The notes: a model not told the origin generated them from the sequence alone. A DNA stretch of 64,000 bases from Raillietiella orientalis (GCA_036172245.1 JAYWIR010000047.1:310001-374000), one strand, 5' to 3'; shown: positions 23,860 through 37,299, counted from the stretch's first letter. Program-made: numbers and translations.

Positions 23860-24480
23860 AAGAAACTTATAAAATCGCAGTGGGAGGAGGAGATGAAAGG
23901 ATTTGCACTCTTTGTGGCCAAGGCACGTCTTCATGGACTCCCATATCCACGTCTCCGGGGATCACAGGGATGCGGAAATCTGACACATGAACTCTGTGTG
24001 ACTAAATTCATTTAGCTGCTGCTGGCTTGCCCTCTGGGATCGCTCCCCTGCGGTAATAAACTTACTGACGAATCGCCACTCATTATTAAAGGAAAAGTAC
24101 GATTGTTCCGTGTTGCGATGACAATCCACATTGATTAGGATCAATGTCGGGGCAGCACGAAGCTGCTACACTTGTGAAATGTTGATTTGGTCAGATGATC
24201 CCAGCAGCAGCAGGGCAAATAAGGAACGGGCAGCTCAGCAGCCGGCACCCTTCGCGGAACGTAGCTACAGGCTGCGCAAAGAAAGACCCGCACCCCAGGT
24301 CCGGCCAACCCCCTTCCTCGGGATTTAAAAAATGGCGGGTCAGATGACCAGCATTTTGTGCTTCAAATCTTTCCATCGGTAAGAACCGAAGTGGCTGAAG
24401 CCCAGGAAGGTTTCCCACACGATCGCGGTGCCCGCGTGGAGAAGTTTCAATAAAACGAGCGCAGTTTACTGGAAACTTCG
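23860..24480. promoter_or_regulatory. Non-repetitive AT-richer block, candidate enhancer/CNE
   Basis: Clustered TTATAAAA, TAAATTCATTTA, TAATAAA, CATTATTAAA, TGATTAG and TTGATTTG motifs, with no TE motifs. Confidence 0.35.
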
Positions 24481-25719
24481 TCTTCGGTGGAAACTTCGAA
24501 AGACTTTCCGCGAACACGAAAAAAGTGAACGTACACGCTTCGGCTGTACGTGTACGGAAAATGAATGGCTCGGCGAACGCACGCTTCAGCAACTCGTTTA
24601 GTTTCTTCGACGTGCAACAGATGGCACAGCCGACACCGGAATCGCGATCCCGCATGGTTGCCTTACGGATTTTTAAAGATTCGATTCGAGCACTTCGTCG
24701 TCGCAAAAGCTTTGTATCCTCACTTTTCCCTTCCCCGGCAAATGGATGAAAAAAAATTTGTAGGTGGAAAAAAAAAAGATGGGTTTCTTCTGCAAACAAA
24801 TGTTCGGATGAAACCGGGAACCACGCAATGATTTCCTTTCGTACGTGCATATCCAAGGAAACCTGAAAAAATGGATACCGAGATGCAAATCCCACAGCAT
24901 CTCGAAAATTTTGAGGCTGCCGTACCCAAAGTTTTGCATTTTTGCGCGCGCTTGGGCGCTGGAGTTCGAGCCAAACGAACTAACCACGCCTCCAACACAT
25001 CCTTTTGAGCATCTTTTTCCTTTTAGATGAGGTTCCGCTGGCAGCGTTTCGTTGGACAAACTGCAAGCATCGTAACTGCTTGCCCGAAGGGCATTTGGGA
25101 ACTCGATCGCGTGCTCACGGAAGCGCAGTGGTGGTAGTGGATCGGAAGCCTTTTTTTTTTTTTTTTTTTTGGTCACAACGCGCCGGGGCCCCAAACCTTC
25201 GACGGAAGCACGTCTTCCTATTCGAACTTTTGCATGCGAGCACGTGGGTCGCTGTGCCACATCGCAGTGGCAGCTGTGCCCGAAGTGTAGGAACACGGTG
25301 GGCGAGGCGGAGCGCACTCTGTGCATCCGAATATCTGGAAACTGTGACGGCGGCTCGAACGTGAAGAGCACCCGTCTTCTTCCACAATCCCGGGGACACG
25401 TGCCATCACACACGTAATCAGGAAGTCACTGCAATTACTGCTCTAAATAATCTTTGTCGGGAAGGAATAGTTGTCGCGGCAGAGCCCTTTTGAAAAGAAA
25501 CAAAAAAATTCTATATGCTACTCGTTTTATAAAAGTTCCTGCAGTTCGAAATTCAATGCTGGTGAATATAGGGATCAAAAAGAAAGGACATGAAGGATAC
25601 CGTTCAAACGTTTCGGGATAGCATATAAGCGGGAATTCTCCGCAATAACAGTCACCAGTGGGATTTCAGAGTTTGCATTTTGAGGGAGGGGGGTGGGGTG
25701 GCATTGGCTAAACACTCGA

Positions 25720-26850
25720 TGGCAGTAACTCTTGCGATGCCTTTGGAGCTAATGATAATTTTGCAGCCGAAGGGCTCTTTCGGGTCTCCGGAAAGAGGGA
25801 AAGAAAGACCGAATCCTGTTCCAAGATGCTTCCGACGTGCTACCGAAGGCTGCTTCACAAAGATCGGGATGTTGAGAAGAACAGACGACCGCGTCGTTTA
25901 CCGTTCGAAAGGCGGTCATCAAGTGGCCCTTGAAGCTTCCAGAGTGAAGCGAGCGGTCGCAGTCTGCTCGCTTGGTGAGTGCGGTGAAGTTTTCCGCCAA
26001 GGCGAGGTGAACCTGAACCAGGAGAGTGGAAGGGATGGGAGACCCCGGCGGAACAACCAGGAAGCCTCGAGCGAGGGTGCCGCATCTTCGCGTACAGATG
26101 CGGATGCGCGCCACGCAACGGCGACACGCGATTCGGAACGCGCCTCTTCCAAGAACTCGTCTGCAGCTCTCAGCACTCGCGGAGAGCGGATTTCGTTTTC
26201 TGCAAACGATCCCGAATTCTGTACCCTCTCCAGAAAAAAAAGGAAAAAAGGAAAAACCGAGGTCGCTACTATAGAATGAGTTATTCTTAAGCATCGGATC
26301 CTTTATTGGCATTATGATCCAGAAGGCACACCTTGGTGAAAAGAGCGTGGGAACAGAACGTCCGAATGAGTCCAAAGCATCTCTTCTCATGGTGGCCCAC
26401 TCGGCCGCCCCCAGCTAGCTACAAGCGCGTCGAGTTCGCCCACTTAGTGGGAAATGATCCCACCCTCGTGTGGGTTGCCAAGGTTACTTTCGGTTCATCC
26501 ATAGGAAAGGAAAACCATACGGTTGATAAACCAGCAGAGTGGAAGGTGCTCTGCTTCCAGGTCAGAGGCTTCCTGCGTGCGCAAATCCGTCACGGATGAG
26601 ATGACCTTCCGGATTGGGCAGCTTCCCATCTCTGAACGTTTCCTTGCTGCATCCGATGCCTGGCAGAAAAAAAAAAAAAAAGTCGCACGTAGGCAACACC
26701 AGAGCTGGCAAGCGAGCAGCGCGTGGCGTCAGGCGGGACACGCCAGCACGCTGCTGCTGGATACCGGGACAAGGGAACAAACTTGGGCCATCTGAGAAAT
26801 GCTCAGCTCCCGACGGGAGAAAGGGAATCCCGCTCGCCGCGAGGGAGAAG
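25720..26850 (-). mobile_element. hAT-like DNA transposase remnant
   Basis: Minus strand DLCEAAFGS...WNRI at ~25865-25810 (cf. hAT dimerisation TYLCE.AFS.....K...RNRL), with weaker upstream matches at ~26550-26610 and ~26720. Confidence 0.45.
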
Positions 26851-27149
26851 GGAACGGAACGGAAATCCGATTGAAGCCCCATCAAGTGGAGCGCCCTTTG
26901 AAGTTCGGCTTGCGGGCTGGAGGTCGTGGATTCCTCCATCCACAAATTAACCGTCGGTGGCCCCACCGGCGGGGAAGACTCGCATCTGCTTCCACGTATT
27001 TTTCGCGGGCAGGGAAGCAGGAAGCTGGAAATCGCAACCATCTCCTCCCGAATGAAACCAGGAGGACGTCCCGAATTTTTTTTATTCGCGCATTAGTCCG
27101 GAAGATCCCAGGAGCGACTTCCCAACCCTTTGGACATGACGTCTTACTC

Positions 27150-27810
27150 GGTCCGCGTTGGCGTCAGTCGTGTGGCTGAGGAGGGCCCCAGACGCTGCGG
27201 GTTCGAATCTCCACGTGGAGGTTCGGCTCCGAGAATGAGGGGTGCGTCCTCCCGCTCCGTCTCCCCCCTCCCATCCCCTCAGGACGACGCTAGCTGGCCT
27301 ACGGGCTTCGGGTGCGTTGCTCGTGCAAGCCGGAAACCCCCGGATGCCCCGCTGGCCAACAGGGGTCCTTTCAGGAATCAAGGAGCTGGTTTCCTTCGGC
27401 ATTTCCCTCCAGTTGCGATAATGGGGCCATCTCCTCTTCCGAGGGAAGGGGGACCTTTCATCATGGAGCCGGCTGATGACCCTCTCGAGGGGGATCGCTT
27501 CTCCAGAGGGTGAAAACAGTTTCTATGAGGGAGCACCCTTCGAGGTTCTCTTTAGAGGAGGAAAACAAGGAGCGGATCCTTTCCGGGGAGTCCCTCCGGA
27601 GAAGAAATGAGGAGCAACTCATTATCTCTGGAGGTTCTCCCTGGGAGGATAAGGAAGAGGGAATTCCCTCCGGGGTCTCCTTAGGAGACAACCAGGGCGA
27701 GTGTTCCCTACGGGGATCTTTCCCAAGCGCGCGAGAGGAACGGATTCCTTCCTCCGGAGTCCTTCCTGGATTCCACAGGGAGTTCCCCTCCGGGATCACC
27801 CCCCCATAAC
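27150..27810 (+). mobile_element. Near-complete composite SINE copy (tRNA head, body, hairpin array)
   Basis: A-box-like AGTCGTGTGG, B-box GGGTTCGAATCTC at ~27199 and body CCTCAGGACGACGCTAGCTGGCCTACGGGCTTCGGGTG...GGTCCTTTCAGGAATCAAGGA. Stem-loops follow with loops at 27539 (TTCG), 27582 (TCCG), 27669 (TCCG), 27709 (TACG), 27753 and 27789 (TCCG). Confidence 0.8.
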
Positions 27811-30800
27811 TTGGAGAGCTGACACTCACCCTCGGGTGGCGTGGACAGCGCTTGAGGGCTTCGCGAGTTCCCTTCCAAGTTTCCCCTCCATTTTTTGATT
27901 CCCGAGTACTCAGCGAATCAAAAAATCTCCTTCTAAGTGGGGGCCTTTCCGTTAACTCTGAAGGCACCTGAAGTGGACTGAACTGCCGAATGGAGGGGTT
28001 CTTCCCTCATTCTCGCTTACAGATGATACATTTGCATTGATCTCTTGTACAAGAAACTTGAACTCTTTTCCCCTCTCTTGTTTCTGCGCGGTCGTATCCT
28101 CCCCGGCATCCCGGGCTCGGAAATTCCTCCAGCTCCAGCATTGCCCGTTGCGACGTCGATCTGCGAGGGGTCCCCCCTTGCCGCCGCCTTTCCCTTCTTT
28201 CCCCCCTCTCTCCCGGAAGTCGCCAGGAAACGTTCCGAAAGCGCGCGCGCGCACGTCCTTCCCTGGGTCTCGTTCGCGGAGGTTCCTTCAACTCCTCGTC
28301 GGGAAGCCGCCAAGGTCCACGGGGCGAAGTTCCGCTGACGAGCAGCAGTGGAGGCTGCTACTGCTCGGACCGCGCGCATTGCGGCCAAACCAATGAAGAT
28401 TTGAACAGTTTTAAGGGGGAAAAAAATACCCTTATAATGGAATTCCCGAAGACCGCGGACCATTTTCCTGATCTTCGAAGTACCAGTCGGTGTTTTCATC
28501 GGGATCACTGCCATCGCTCTCACCACGGGAGGGTCTGGTCGCCTTTCACCTCTTGTCGGACTACGAGATGCTAGGCGTGCGTCAGATCGTGGCAACCGAA
28601 GATTAAATAAACACCTCGACGCCCCACTTCACGGTTTCTACGTCGCTCGAGATCATTCCGATGAGCGACGGGAGGGGTGTGAAACACGCGAGGTTCTGCA
28701 GTGTCGTCCCTCTGCAGAGATCGGTATGGATGAGATATGGAAACGTACGTTTGGAACAGAGCCAGGCAGACCCCCAATTCCGAAAAGGGATGGAGGAAGA
28801 GCGCTCCATTCTGGCTGTGCCTTTGGAGAGCAGGAAAACGTCGTCAACGGGATGCACGCACGCAGCGCAGCGCAGCAAGCGAATTTACTACCCCAGCCAT
28901 CGCACGTACTTCCCGTTCTGATTGAAAGAAGAAGTAAATAATTGAAGCAAACGGAGAGCGAAATTTGACGGGGGGAAGACGCGTTCCCCCCCTCCGCCCC
29001 CGTTATGCGACGGAGCGGCGGGCAATCAGTAACGTTCGTTTCCTGACATCTACAGGCCGGATCGAGATTTATGCCGTGACGCAACACGGCGCGCGCGCTC
29101 ACCGCGCCGCACGGCGCGCTCATCGCAAGTGCCGCTCCTCCTCCGTTTGGTCAACTTTTTTTTTTTTTTTTCCTCTCCTCCTCCTTCTTTTTTTCTTTCC
29201 CCCCCCCCGCCACCGTGCTGGATGCAACGAACATAATGGTGTGCATGCACACACACACCATCCCTCTCCGATAAAGCATCAAGTTTTACTTTCGGGAGCC
29301 GAGATGGAATGGTGGGAAACTGCAATAACCGCGACGAGAAGAGGGGGCGCTTCCTTGGAAACATCTGCACGCGTCGTTCGCAAAGAATTCCATGTATGCA
29401 TCTCTCGAGCTGCCAAAATCTCAAATATACAGAAATATGTATTGGCGAACGTCATGCAGTTTTTTTTTTTCTTCCATCGTCTTTCTCGAGAGAGACGAAT
29501 ATCTAACTTGATATTTTTTTTAAAAAAAAAAAAAACCGGGAGGCTTTCCGATTATCCACGTTCGCGCGCTCTCATTCCAAAAATTATTTATGCCATTTGC
29601 GTGCTCGTAGGCCCGCATGCACATTCTGACCCTTAGGGGCGCACATTTCACTTTGCATTCGATTCGGGAGAGGAGCCATTTCGAAACGCGCGCCTTTCCT
29701 CTTCTTCCTCCTCTTCTCCCCTTCGTGCAAGAAGAGGCTCCATGGAAAATCATCAGAGGTTCGGGAAAATTCTGCGGCCCTTCCTGTGCAGCACCATGGA
29801 GAGGCAGCAGCGGTGCTCGCAGTGATGGTCTCGGTTCGAGAAACATCCCGCAACCACCGGGGTGTTCTTGATCCAGGAGGCGTTCCCGAAGCGGAGGTCA
29901 GCACGGAGCCCGGCACACGCCGCCGGCGGCCTCGAACGTTCTAAAAGCTGCAAAGGAAAGAGAAACGCTGGTTCGAGGGAGCGCTTCCGCTTTCGGGAAG
30001 CAGGGAGCGTTCCAGCCAGGAGTGAAAGTTTTCCGGGATGAGGAAGGGTGCGCGGGTTTCGTGGGAATAAGGCTCACTGCTCGTCTCCCTATCTGGAGTG
30101 GTAGGGACGGGTGCGTGCGTGTTTCCCGAGTCCGGGACGGGAGCGGTTTCCCGGGAGCCCTTCGCACGAAGGATCTCCCGAAATATTCGACCGGCTTCTC
30201 CGGGGAAGCGCCAAACCCGCGGTTCCTTCCTCCCGAGCTCGGAATTCTTCTGCGCACGGGGAAAAAACCGAGCAAGCTCAAACGTAAGATGGAAACGGCG
30301 CGCTAGAGGGGGGAGAGAAAGAAAGAAAGAAGAAAAAATTAGATTCCTAAAATTATGAGGCAGAAAGATTTTTGCATGTAATAGACTTGTTATGACATTT
30401 CGAATATGATGTTTCAACCATTAAAATCATGATTTTCGTGTGTCCCCGGGTTGGATGCAACAGGTGTTATAATATTTAATGGGGAGAGACGTTCTGCGAA
30501 CAGCTGCAATTCATTGATATCAGGGAAGTGCATCTGCTTAGAAGTAAAGCGCAGCTAATGTTTGTGATTCTGCAGAGTACGCTTCGAGGATCCGAACGCC
30601 AGGACATCTGATCAGAGCTCGGAGCTTCGAAGATTAAATAAATATGAAATATTTATATTGTGGGCCTCGAGCCACGAACCGTCCCTTCTATAACAAATGG
30701 CTTTTCTCCCTGCACACCCTGGATCGCTTCTCTCAGAATCCAGGGTCCAGGATGCTGGCAAGCGCATGGGAAAGAGACGCTGCACACCAAAAGGGAATTG

Positions 30801-31229
30801 CTTCCTACGTAATTTTCTTGGTTGTGCGTTTTCCGGCGAGCAGCTGCAGCAGCGATTTTTCTTTCTTCCTTTTTCTTCCTCTGTTTTTCTTTTCCTTTTG
30901 GGAAAAGAAAAAAAGGAGCACAACGGCAAAACCGCCGCATTCACTTACGAACGGAGGCCTCGTAGTTATGCAACCGTTCCCCAGGCAGCGAAACGTTCAC
31001 TTTCGTGACGTGCAGGTGGGAAACGCGGGGACGTCGCGGACGGTAGGGATAGGAGCCCGCCCTTCAGTGGACGGGATTCTCCACGGATCCAGGAACCGAG
31101 ACCCCTTTGCCGGCATTTCGACAACGGCGGGATTAACACGAAGGAGGAACATGAGGATGAAATCCAGATTCCCACCTGGCCCGCCGACGGCGGAGCCACC
31201 TCACAACCAAGCGAACCCGTGGGATGGAA

Positions 31230-31480
31230 TAGGAGAAGGGAAGTTTCCGTGGGGGGCTTCCTTCTGTAGCACTTGCCATTCAAGAAACTCACGCAGCTCG
31301 GTTCCCAATTCATTATAACCTCTCAAAAACATAAACCACAACTGTTTGTGAATTTTGATGAGTAAGTGACTTGGCAGCCCTTCAAGTTTGATGGATGATG
31401 TAACAATTGCACGCAACAGTCGCGTGGGCAACGGTTCCGGCCAGCCCTACTACTAATCAAATGAGCTTCGCAACCGCTCC
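31230..31480 (-). mobile_element. Gypsy-like LTR retrotransposon integrase remnant
   Basis: Minus frame KLEGLPSHLLIKIHKQLWFMFLRGYNELGTEL resembles the integrase core RLHGLP..IVSD...QF.S.F...L...LGT.L. Confidence 0.45.
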
Positions 31481-32269
31481 GGATTTTGAGATTATTTTCC
31501 GTTGCTTGCAAACCTCAATAGAATGTCCACGTGCACCACCTTTTCTCTCTCGTTCTGGTTGCTTGTTTGTGTATGGGAGGGTGGGTGCGCATTTATACGC
31601 ACACGCTTGCCCCGCCGATGCATACTGTATGCTGCGGGAGCATCTGTGCGTAACAGTGTACACTGTGCGTGGAAATTCCCCAAGGTACCTACTGCCACGA
31701 TTCGCCCGAGCGGACGGGCGGGTCAGCCTTCGCCTCCTCGGATGTCACGTAAACGGCACGAAGGAGCAAAGTGAGCCACAAGGAGAGCACATCGGAAGAA
31801 GAACGGTCGCCAAGGAGCTTGTGAACAGCGACAGCACGTGGTCGCTGGGCACGATAGTATTGCATGGTTGGCGTGTGGTGAACGAACCGTGACTTTGGGG
31901 GTTTTTCGTGTGCATCGAGTCCACTCTCGAGCTCCTCACGGGTTGCCGTGAGAATTCCGTTCTCCAAGACGTCACCTGAAGCACCCCATGTCAAAAAAAC
32001 AACCCCAACGATGGATATCCCGAGCAACTTGGGCTTAGCAAGAAAAAGGCTCTTCCGCGGCACGAGGAGGTCGAATTCCGGACTCGGCTCCGCCGATAGG
32101 GGAGGGGGAGGAAGAGAAAGAGAGAGGGGAGGGGGGATGGAGAACCCGGTGGTTTCCACGCTCCGTTCCGTGGGTTTCTTTTTCACTCCCATGCTGTTTG
32201 TTCCTCTCCGGCATCTTCGGAAAGCTTTCGCTCTGTGGTCTTTGTCCACGTGACGGTACTTTGCACGTG

Positions 32270-34780
32270 GTCTGAACCTTTTCCCCTGTCTAGATTCCTT
32301 CGTTCAATGATCCAAATAGTCAGGGATCAGCACGAGCTTGCGGTCACGCTTAGCCGACCCTTAGTCTTCCCCGACCAGCAGGGCGAAGATCAGATGCCTC
32401 TGAGTTTTGCCCCCAAGGTGTTTCAAACGTCCTGCCCGTCGCCAACGGACATCCGCACGCTCGCGGGCTTCCCCGAGTAACGAACTCCATATTCTCAGCC
32501 GGCATGGACGGCCTAACGATCCAGGCGTTGCTCGGGCACACATTTCGGGAAAGCATCCATTCGTCTTCCCACCTGATGTCACCTGGGCGGTGTTCTTCGT
32601 GCAGGTGTCTCGGCCATTTGTTTTGTTTCGTTTCGTTTTCTCCTCATTCACGCATTTTCCGTGCGACCGCATATGCGGAGGCGCCAGTGAGTGCAGCGGC
32701 CACGGGTCGGCAGCTCCTCGGGTGTGTTGCTCCAGGAACCGACGTCGTCCGGTCTCCACAGGGTCTGCACGGGGGCTGCCCTCTGAAACCGAGGTCTGCT
32801 CCCGGGGAACAAAGAACTGCCGCGACGAGTTGCAAGCGTGGACCGGCTCTCACTCGTGGATAATGGTCCCGAGGCGAAGTCGCGCTGGCACGGAAGCTCC
32901 ATCGGATACTGCATTTTGCACAAAAGTGGATCCAGTGATCGGCCGAGTGCTTCCTGAAAAGGCAAAATTTAGCGACGCGGGGAATGTAAATGCACTTTGG
33001 TGATCCTCCCTCTCCTAACGCAATGAGAGACCGGTGGTCAACAGCAAGTGGAGGAGGGGAAAAGATACTCGTGGATCTCGGCGATGCAGAAGGAAGCGGC
33101 AGCGCTGTTGAAGCCTCGCGCCAAACACCTTCGTACTCTGGACAAACAGAAATGCGTTATGAGCAGCGATGTGTAGCAGCAATATGAAGAGAACTCTCGT
33201 AAGAAGACACTGAGGGAGCAGGAGGGGAGGTGGCTCTGGAAGCGTCCGCTGATCCGGAAAACTTGGTCAGGAGATGATAGCGATGGCGCTACCGAAGAAT
33301 GCCGACGGCGAGAGGAGCTCCCCCCTCGTTGCCGCTCGCTGGACGTCATCCAGCCAGCCAGGCAAATTCCTGGAACATCGTCGTGGACGTGTCTCGCCAA
33401 TCCGGACTTTTTTTCCGGTGTTGTTTCGGAAGGTCCGGATCCCGAGCCAGCCTCCTGCCGTTGGCAACCGCTGACCAGATAGCTGGGAAACCGATCTTCC
33501 CTTCTACCTGTCTTGGCTTGTCTCCCGGTCACGTGGTTTCGAGCAGACTCGCAGGAAGAGTCCGCCCTGCAGCATGCGCCTGCAGCCACCCTTCACGTTC
33601 GCTCCTGAGGACAGCTGGCCAAGCTTCTCTCGTTCGCCTCTTCCGGGATCCTTTGCTGATTTTGCTTTCGGATGTTTTCATAGCTCTGTTCCCACACGGA
33701 TCGGATCTTCTCTGCAGCGACCTCATGCCATCAACTCGTTCCTTTATCCTTCTAGAACCATCATCGAGCTTGTTTCTGCATCCCTCTTTCTTCTTGCAAC
33801 GAAGTCAGAGGATCCTCCTCCTGCTTGCTGTCCGGAAGAGCTTCGAAGCCGAGTTCTTGGACCTTCCGGTCGTTAGTCCTCAGTGTCCGCTTTCCGCATC
33901 TGCCTATGGTCGCGCATTTTATTTCCCACGGGAGGAAATTCTGGGGGAACCGCTGGCCGTCCCCTTCCCTGCAGAAGTAGGCTGCAGCGAGCTCCCACAA
34001 AGTCCTACTGAGACGCCCTTGAACCTGCGTGAGAGAGTTCTTGCTCTGGTTCGACCTCGGATGAAGAATGGCGAAGATGCCGCGGATGCGGAAAGATTCA
34101 TAATCTTAGCAGTGCCTCCTCGGGGCCGGCTTATAAGAGTGCTTACACAAAGGTACTGGTAACAACGAGCCATAAGTCAGAGGCTGTGGCCTGTGGAAGA
34201 AGAGGATTCTTTTTCCCTCAGGGACCACGGAGGAACGGCCCGATTTTCTTGGCATGGGGAACCGAATACTGGCTTGGTATGCGGCACGAAAGATCTTCCT
34301 GGAACTTGTAGGGACGATGAGGACGCGCGTCCCTAGAGAAACTCCGAGCAGGCTGAAGAAGGATCTCCTTCGAAAGCTGGATGCCGCTCCGTTGGTGGGC
34401 TGGAAGTTGGCCAAGAGTTCTTTCGGCAAGAGGATTTCCCTCCCTGAATCCGCAGCCTACCCGTCGCCTTCAGAGGACCCTCCGATGCGAAATTCAGAAA
34501 TCGGATCTTTTCGAGTCGACGAATGAGGCCAACGGAGCTCGAGCAAACGGACCACGTAGAGGCGATTCCACGGCTGGATGCTGCCCTACGCGTCTCGCAA
34601 ATCCACCCGAAGGATCCTTCTTGTCTGAGACGTCTGAGACGGACCCGCTCTCCCGAGCACTTCTAGAAACCCTCGAACCGTCCTGCAAGCGCCTCCTCCC
34701 GACGAAACCGACCTCACCGAGAATTCGGTTCCTTCCTTCGCGAGAGACGCGGAGCCGAGTCCAGAGCTCCCACTTCTGAC
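32270..34780 (-). mobile_element. Near full-length decayed RTE-clade LINE (EN-RT-C-terminus, internal deletion)
   Basis: Minus strand, in order: ALQ..R and GVGFA-like (~34700-34580), ANFQPT and GDF-like (~34400-34290), GKIGFPA (cf. PG.DG.PAE, ~33490), a VGILR/PTLFGIF-like stretch (~33300), and the RTE C-terminal G.R..GRP..RFKD-like motif (~32420-32480). Confidence 0.75.
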
Positions 34781-34829
34781 TTTGCCCAGCATTCCCCGTG
34801 GTCGCTTCGTTCCGGACAACCCCGTGTGC

Positions 34830-35030
34830 GGGTTGCGGTGTATTGGCAGTCCATTCGTTACGTGGCACGGTGTTCTGGTCGGCTTGCTGGAAGTCAACTG
34901 GATCTTCATCCCCATCTCCTTAATGGCAATGTTCGGATTTTCCATGACCTACTTTTTCCTGAAGCAAGATCGTCTTTTCAGAACTTTGAGCAAATGTTCA
35001 CTCGGGCATGGTCTTTAGCTGGGAGATTCG
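34830..35030 (+). mobile_element. RTE endonuclease fragment (opposite orientation)
   Basis: WHGVLVG...NGN...SMTYFFLKQDR (cf. W.GVLG..G....NG..L......ITNT.F..K). Confidence 0.4.
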
Positions 35031-35559
35031 GCTGCCCAGGTACCGACTGAAAGCGAAGCTTGCGCTCATCTTCAGTCAGCGAATGGTGCAAACCTTACCG
35101 ATCCGGTGGCATCATGAGGTGGCATCGAACGGCAGCTAGCCGTATCGACAGGACGGATCACGAGGGAGACGGTGGACCGATTCCTTGCGTCTCGACTTCG
35201 AAGAGACCACCTTTCGTGCACGGCTGGTCTGATGACGGCGACTGCGCGCGATCATCAATTTTTGTTTTCCCTCCGTGGTGTTGTGGGGACAGCGTGCTGG
35301 GTGAATCTGCTTCCGAGCACTACGACGATTCTCGGATTCATGGCGCGCCCCCCCCATCAAATCGGATCGCGGCGAAGAGCTTGCGTTGTTCGCCACCACC
35401 GTCCTTCAAGCAGATTGCGTCAGACGCTCAACGGGAAAGGGGACCGCTGTTCCTAATGCGCGTTTGAATCCTGAATTTAAGCTCGGAAACATACAAATAG
35501 GTACTTTCCACCCGCAATCGTGTCGGACAGAGTGTGCTGGACAAAGAAGAGCAACCGCC

Positions 35560-35930
35560 TTTTTTCGTTCCAGCCTAACCTTCCTCAGCCAGCCAGTAAC
35601 CTTTTCACTTCTCCTAGAGGACTTCCTACGAGTCCAAGTTGTATTCAACATTTGTCGTGAGGCTGCTCACGAAGAGCAGGAGAACCAGGAAACGATGCAA
35701 GCTCTTCTGTAAAACTTCGCTGCCTTGTTCAGGTAAGGAACTCTACGAGGAATGTTTGTCCAGTCCAAGAGTCTCCATAATTCACCTTTTTCCAAGACAT
35801 TGCGGAGGAGCAAACCATCTTTCCCTTCCATCCAGATTTTAGATGCTCCATAATCCAGGTTTAGAGCTACATTTGCATGTGAATCAGCCACTCGACTCTG
35901 TTGCAACAGCTTTACGTTTTTTCGTTCCCT
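35560..35930 (-). mobile_element. pogo/Tigger-like transposase N-terminal remnant
   Basis: Minus strand KKRKAV at ~35920 (HTH_psq start) and VTGWLRKVR at ~35590 (cf. CENP-B ASKGWL.RF), about 110 codons apart. AT-richer than flanks. Confidence 0.4.
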
Positions 35931-37299
35931 GCAACCCTTTTTTTAAGCGACGTCTCCTCCTGAGTACGCGTAAGGCTTGCTTGCGGTTTCGGAAGGAGTG
36001 AATGAGTGGAGTTTTCATGATTCTACGGAGTTCAGCATCTCCCGCAAGTTTGCACGCTGAAGGAGCAAATGAGAGATGCCAAAAAAAAAACTATTAAAGG
36101 AATTTTCCAATCAAGAAATGATTACCGATGTTGAGAAAGAAACTCATACAATACTTACAGATGCCCCAGCATTATGCAGAGACAATCGCACACAACAGAA
36201 TGTATTATTAATGCTCCAGGCATTAATCATCTTTTTTTTTTCCTACAGACTATGAGATGCTTCCTTATTTTGCATCAGTTCAGCTCAGTTCTCGTTAGCA
36301 AGCGCTCTTCCATAATTGGAAATTGAACTTCCCATGTACCACCGCTACCGCTGCGTTCATGTTGGCGCGCTGCGTCTTGCATTGGTGGTGGCAGGCGCAG
36401 TAATCGAAAGAACTGAGCCCCCCCCGTTGGGCTCTGGCACCGCAGCACGGAAAAACCGCTGCCGCACCAAAAAGAAAAACACCTCCAAGCTTTGTCGCAT
36501 TTCGACCGCTTCGATTTCGCGTCACCAATGTCTCAAGGGCGTGCGCAATCCTCTCCTTTGGATCCTCTCGTCCTGAGTAAGCTCTAGCAGCGCGACACTG
36601 GACACATTTCTCAAGGTCTTCCGTTTCAGGGAAATGCATTCCTCTGTAACCTACCCGTAGCCTTGTCAGTCCCTACGAAGAACATCGACAGTGCTCTGAG
36701 TTTTAAGGATCACTTTCGGGTCCCAAGCAGCAGCTAAAAAAAATTCAACGACCTGGACTGCGGAGGGCAGAAAGCTAGACAAGACAGACAGAAAAGACAA
36801 GACAAAGACAGACAGGCAAGAAAGACACAAGCGGACTTGAGGGAACTTGCTCCCGGATAAGTCGAAGAGCTTGTCAGGCGCGACGGCGAGCTGATGCATC
36901 TGGACATGCCGAGGAGATTACCCTGGAGCCTCTGGCGAAACGAAGTAGACCCGGATGTGCTCGAAGAGGAAGCTAAGAGGAACTTTCGATTGGGGCATGT
37001 GAAGTAGGAATAGCTCACTCGCAACCTGTGCACACCAAAGGAGCGAGGCGACAGCCATGACTTGACCCTAGCTACCTCATGACGACTCCCTCCTTAGCTG
37101 AGACTGCCTCGAAGACTCCCTGCTTTCGACCGCACAGCCAGCGCCTACAAGCTGAGGAATGGGTCATCAGCCCCGATGTCTCCTTCCCTTCAGATGTCTC
37201 TCCCCGACATCGTATTAGAAATCAGGGAGGCGAGAGGAAAGCGAATGCAGGGGGATCCACCTCCCGCCTGAAGGAGTCGCAGCATCCGTCCCAGGGCCG

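Noticed and set aside
27473..27500. Hammerhead-ribozyme-like cores (CTGATGA at 27473 and 11622, CTGAGGACGAAAC at ~39762)
   Set aside because: None has the full CUGANGA-stem II-GAAA core with closing stems I/III, and the 27473 motif is not conserved in sister copies.
27480..27810. Hairpin array as a CRISPR-like repeat-spacer array
   Set aside because: Linkers are short and homologous between dispersed copies rather than unique, repeats are degenerate, there are no cas genes, and the context is eukaryotic.
35080..35400. Possible Tc1 fragment (SGGIMRW...IDR)
   Set aside because: Only one weak motif and no second catalytic motif or TIR.
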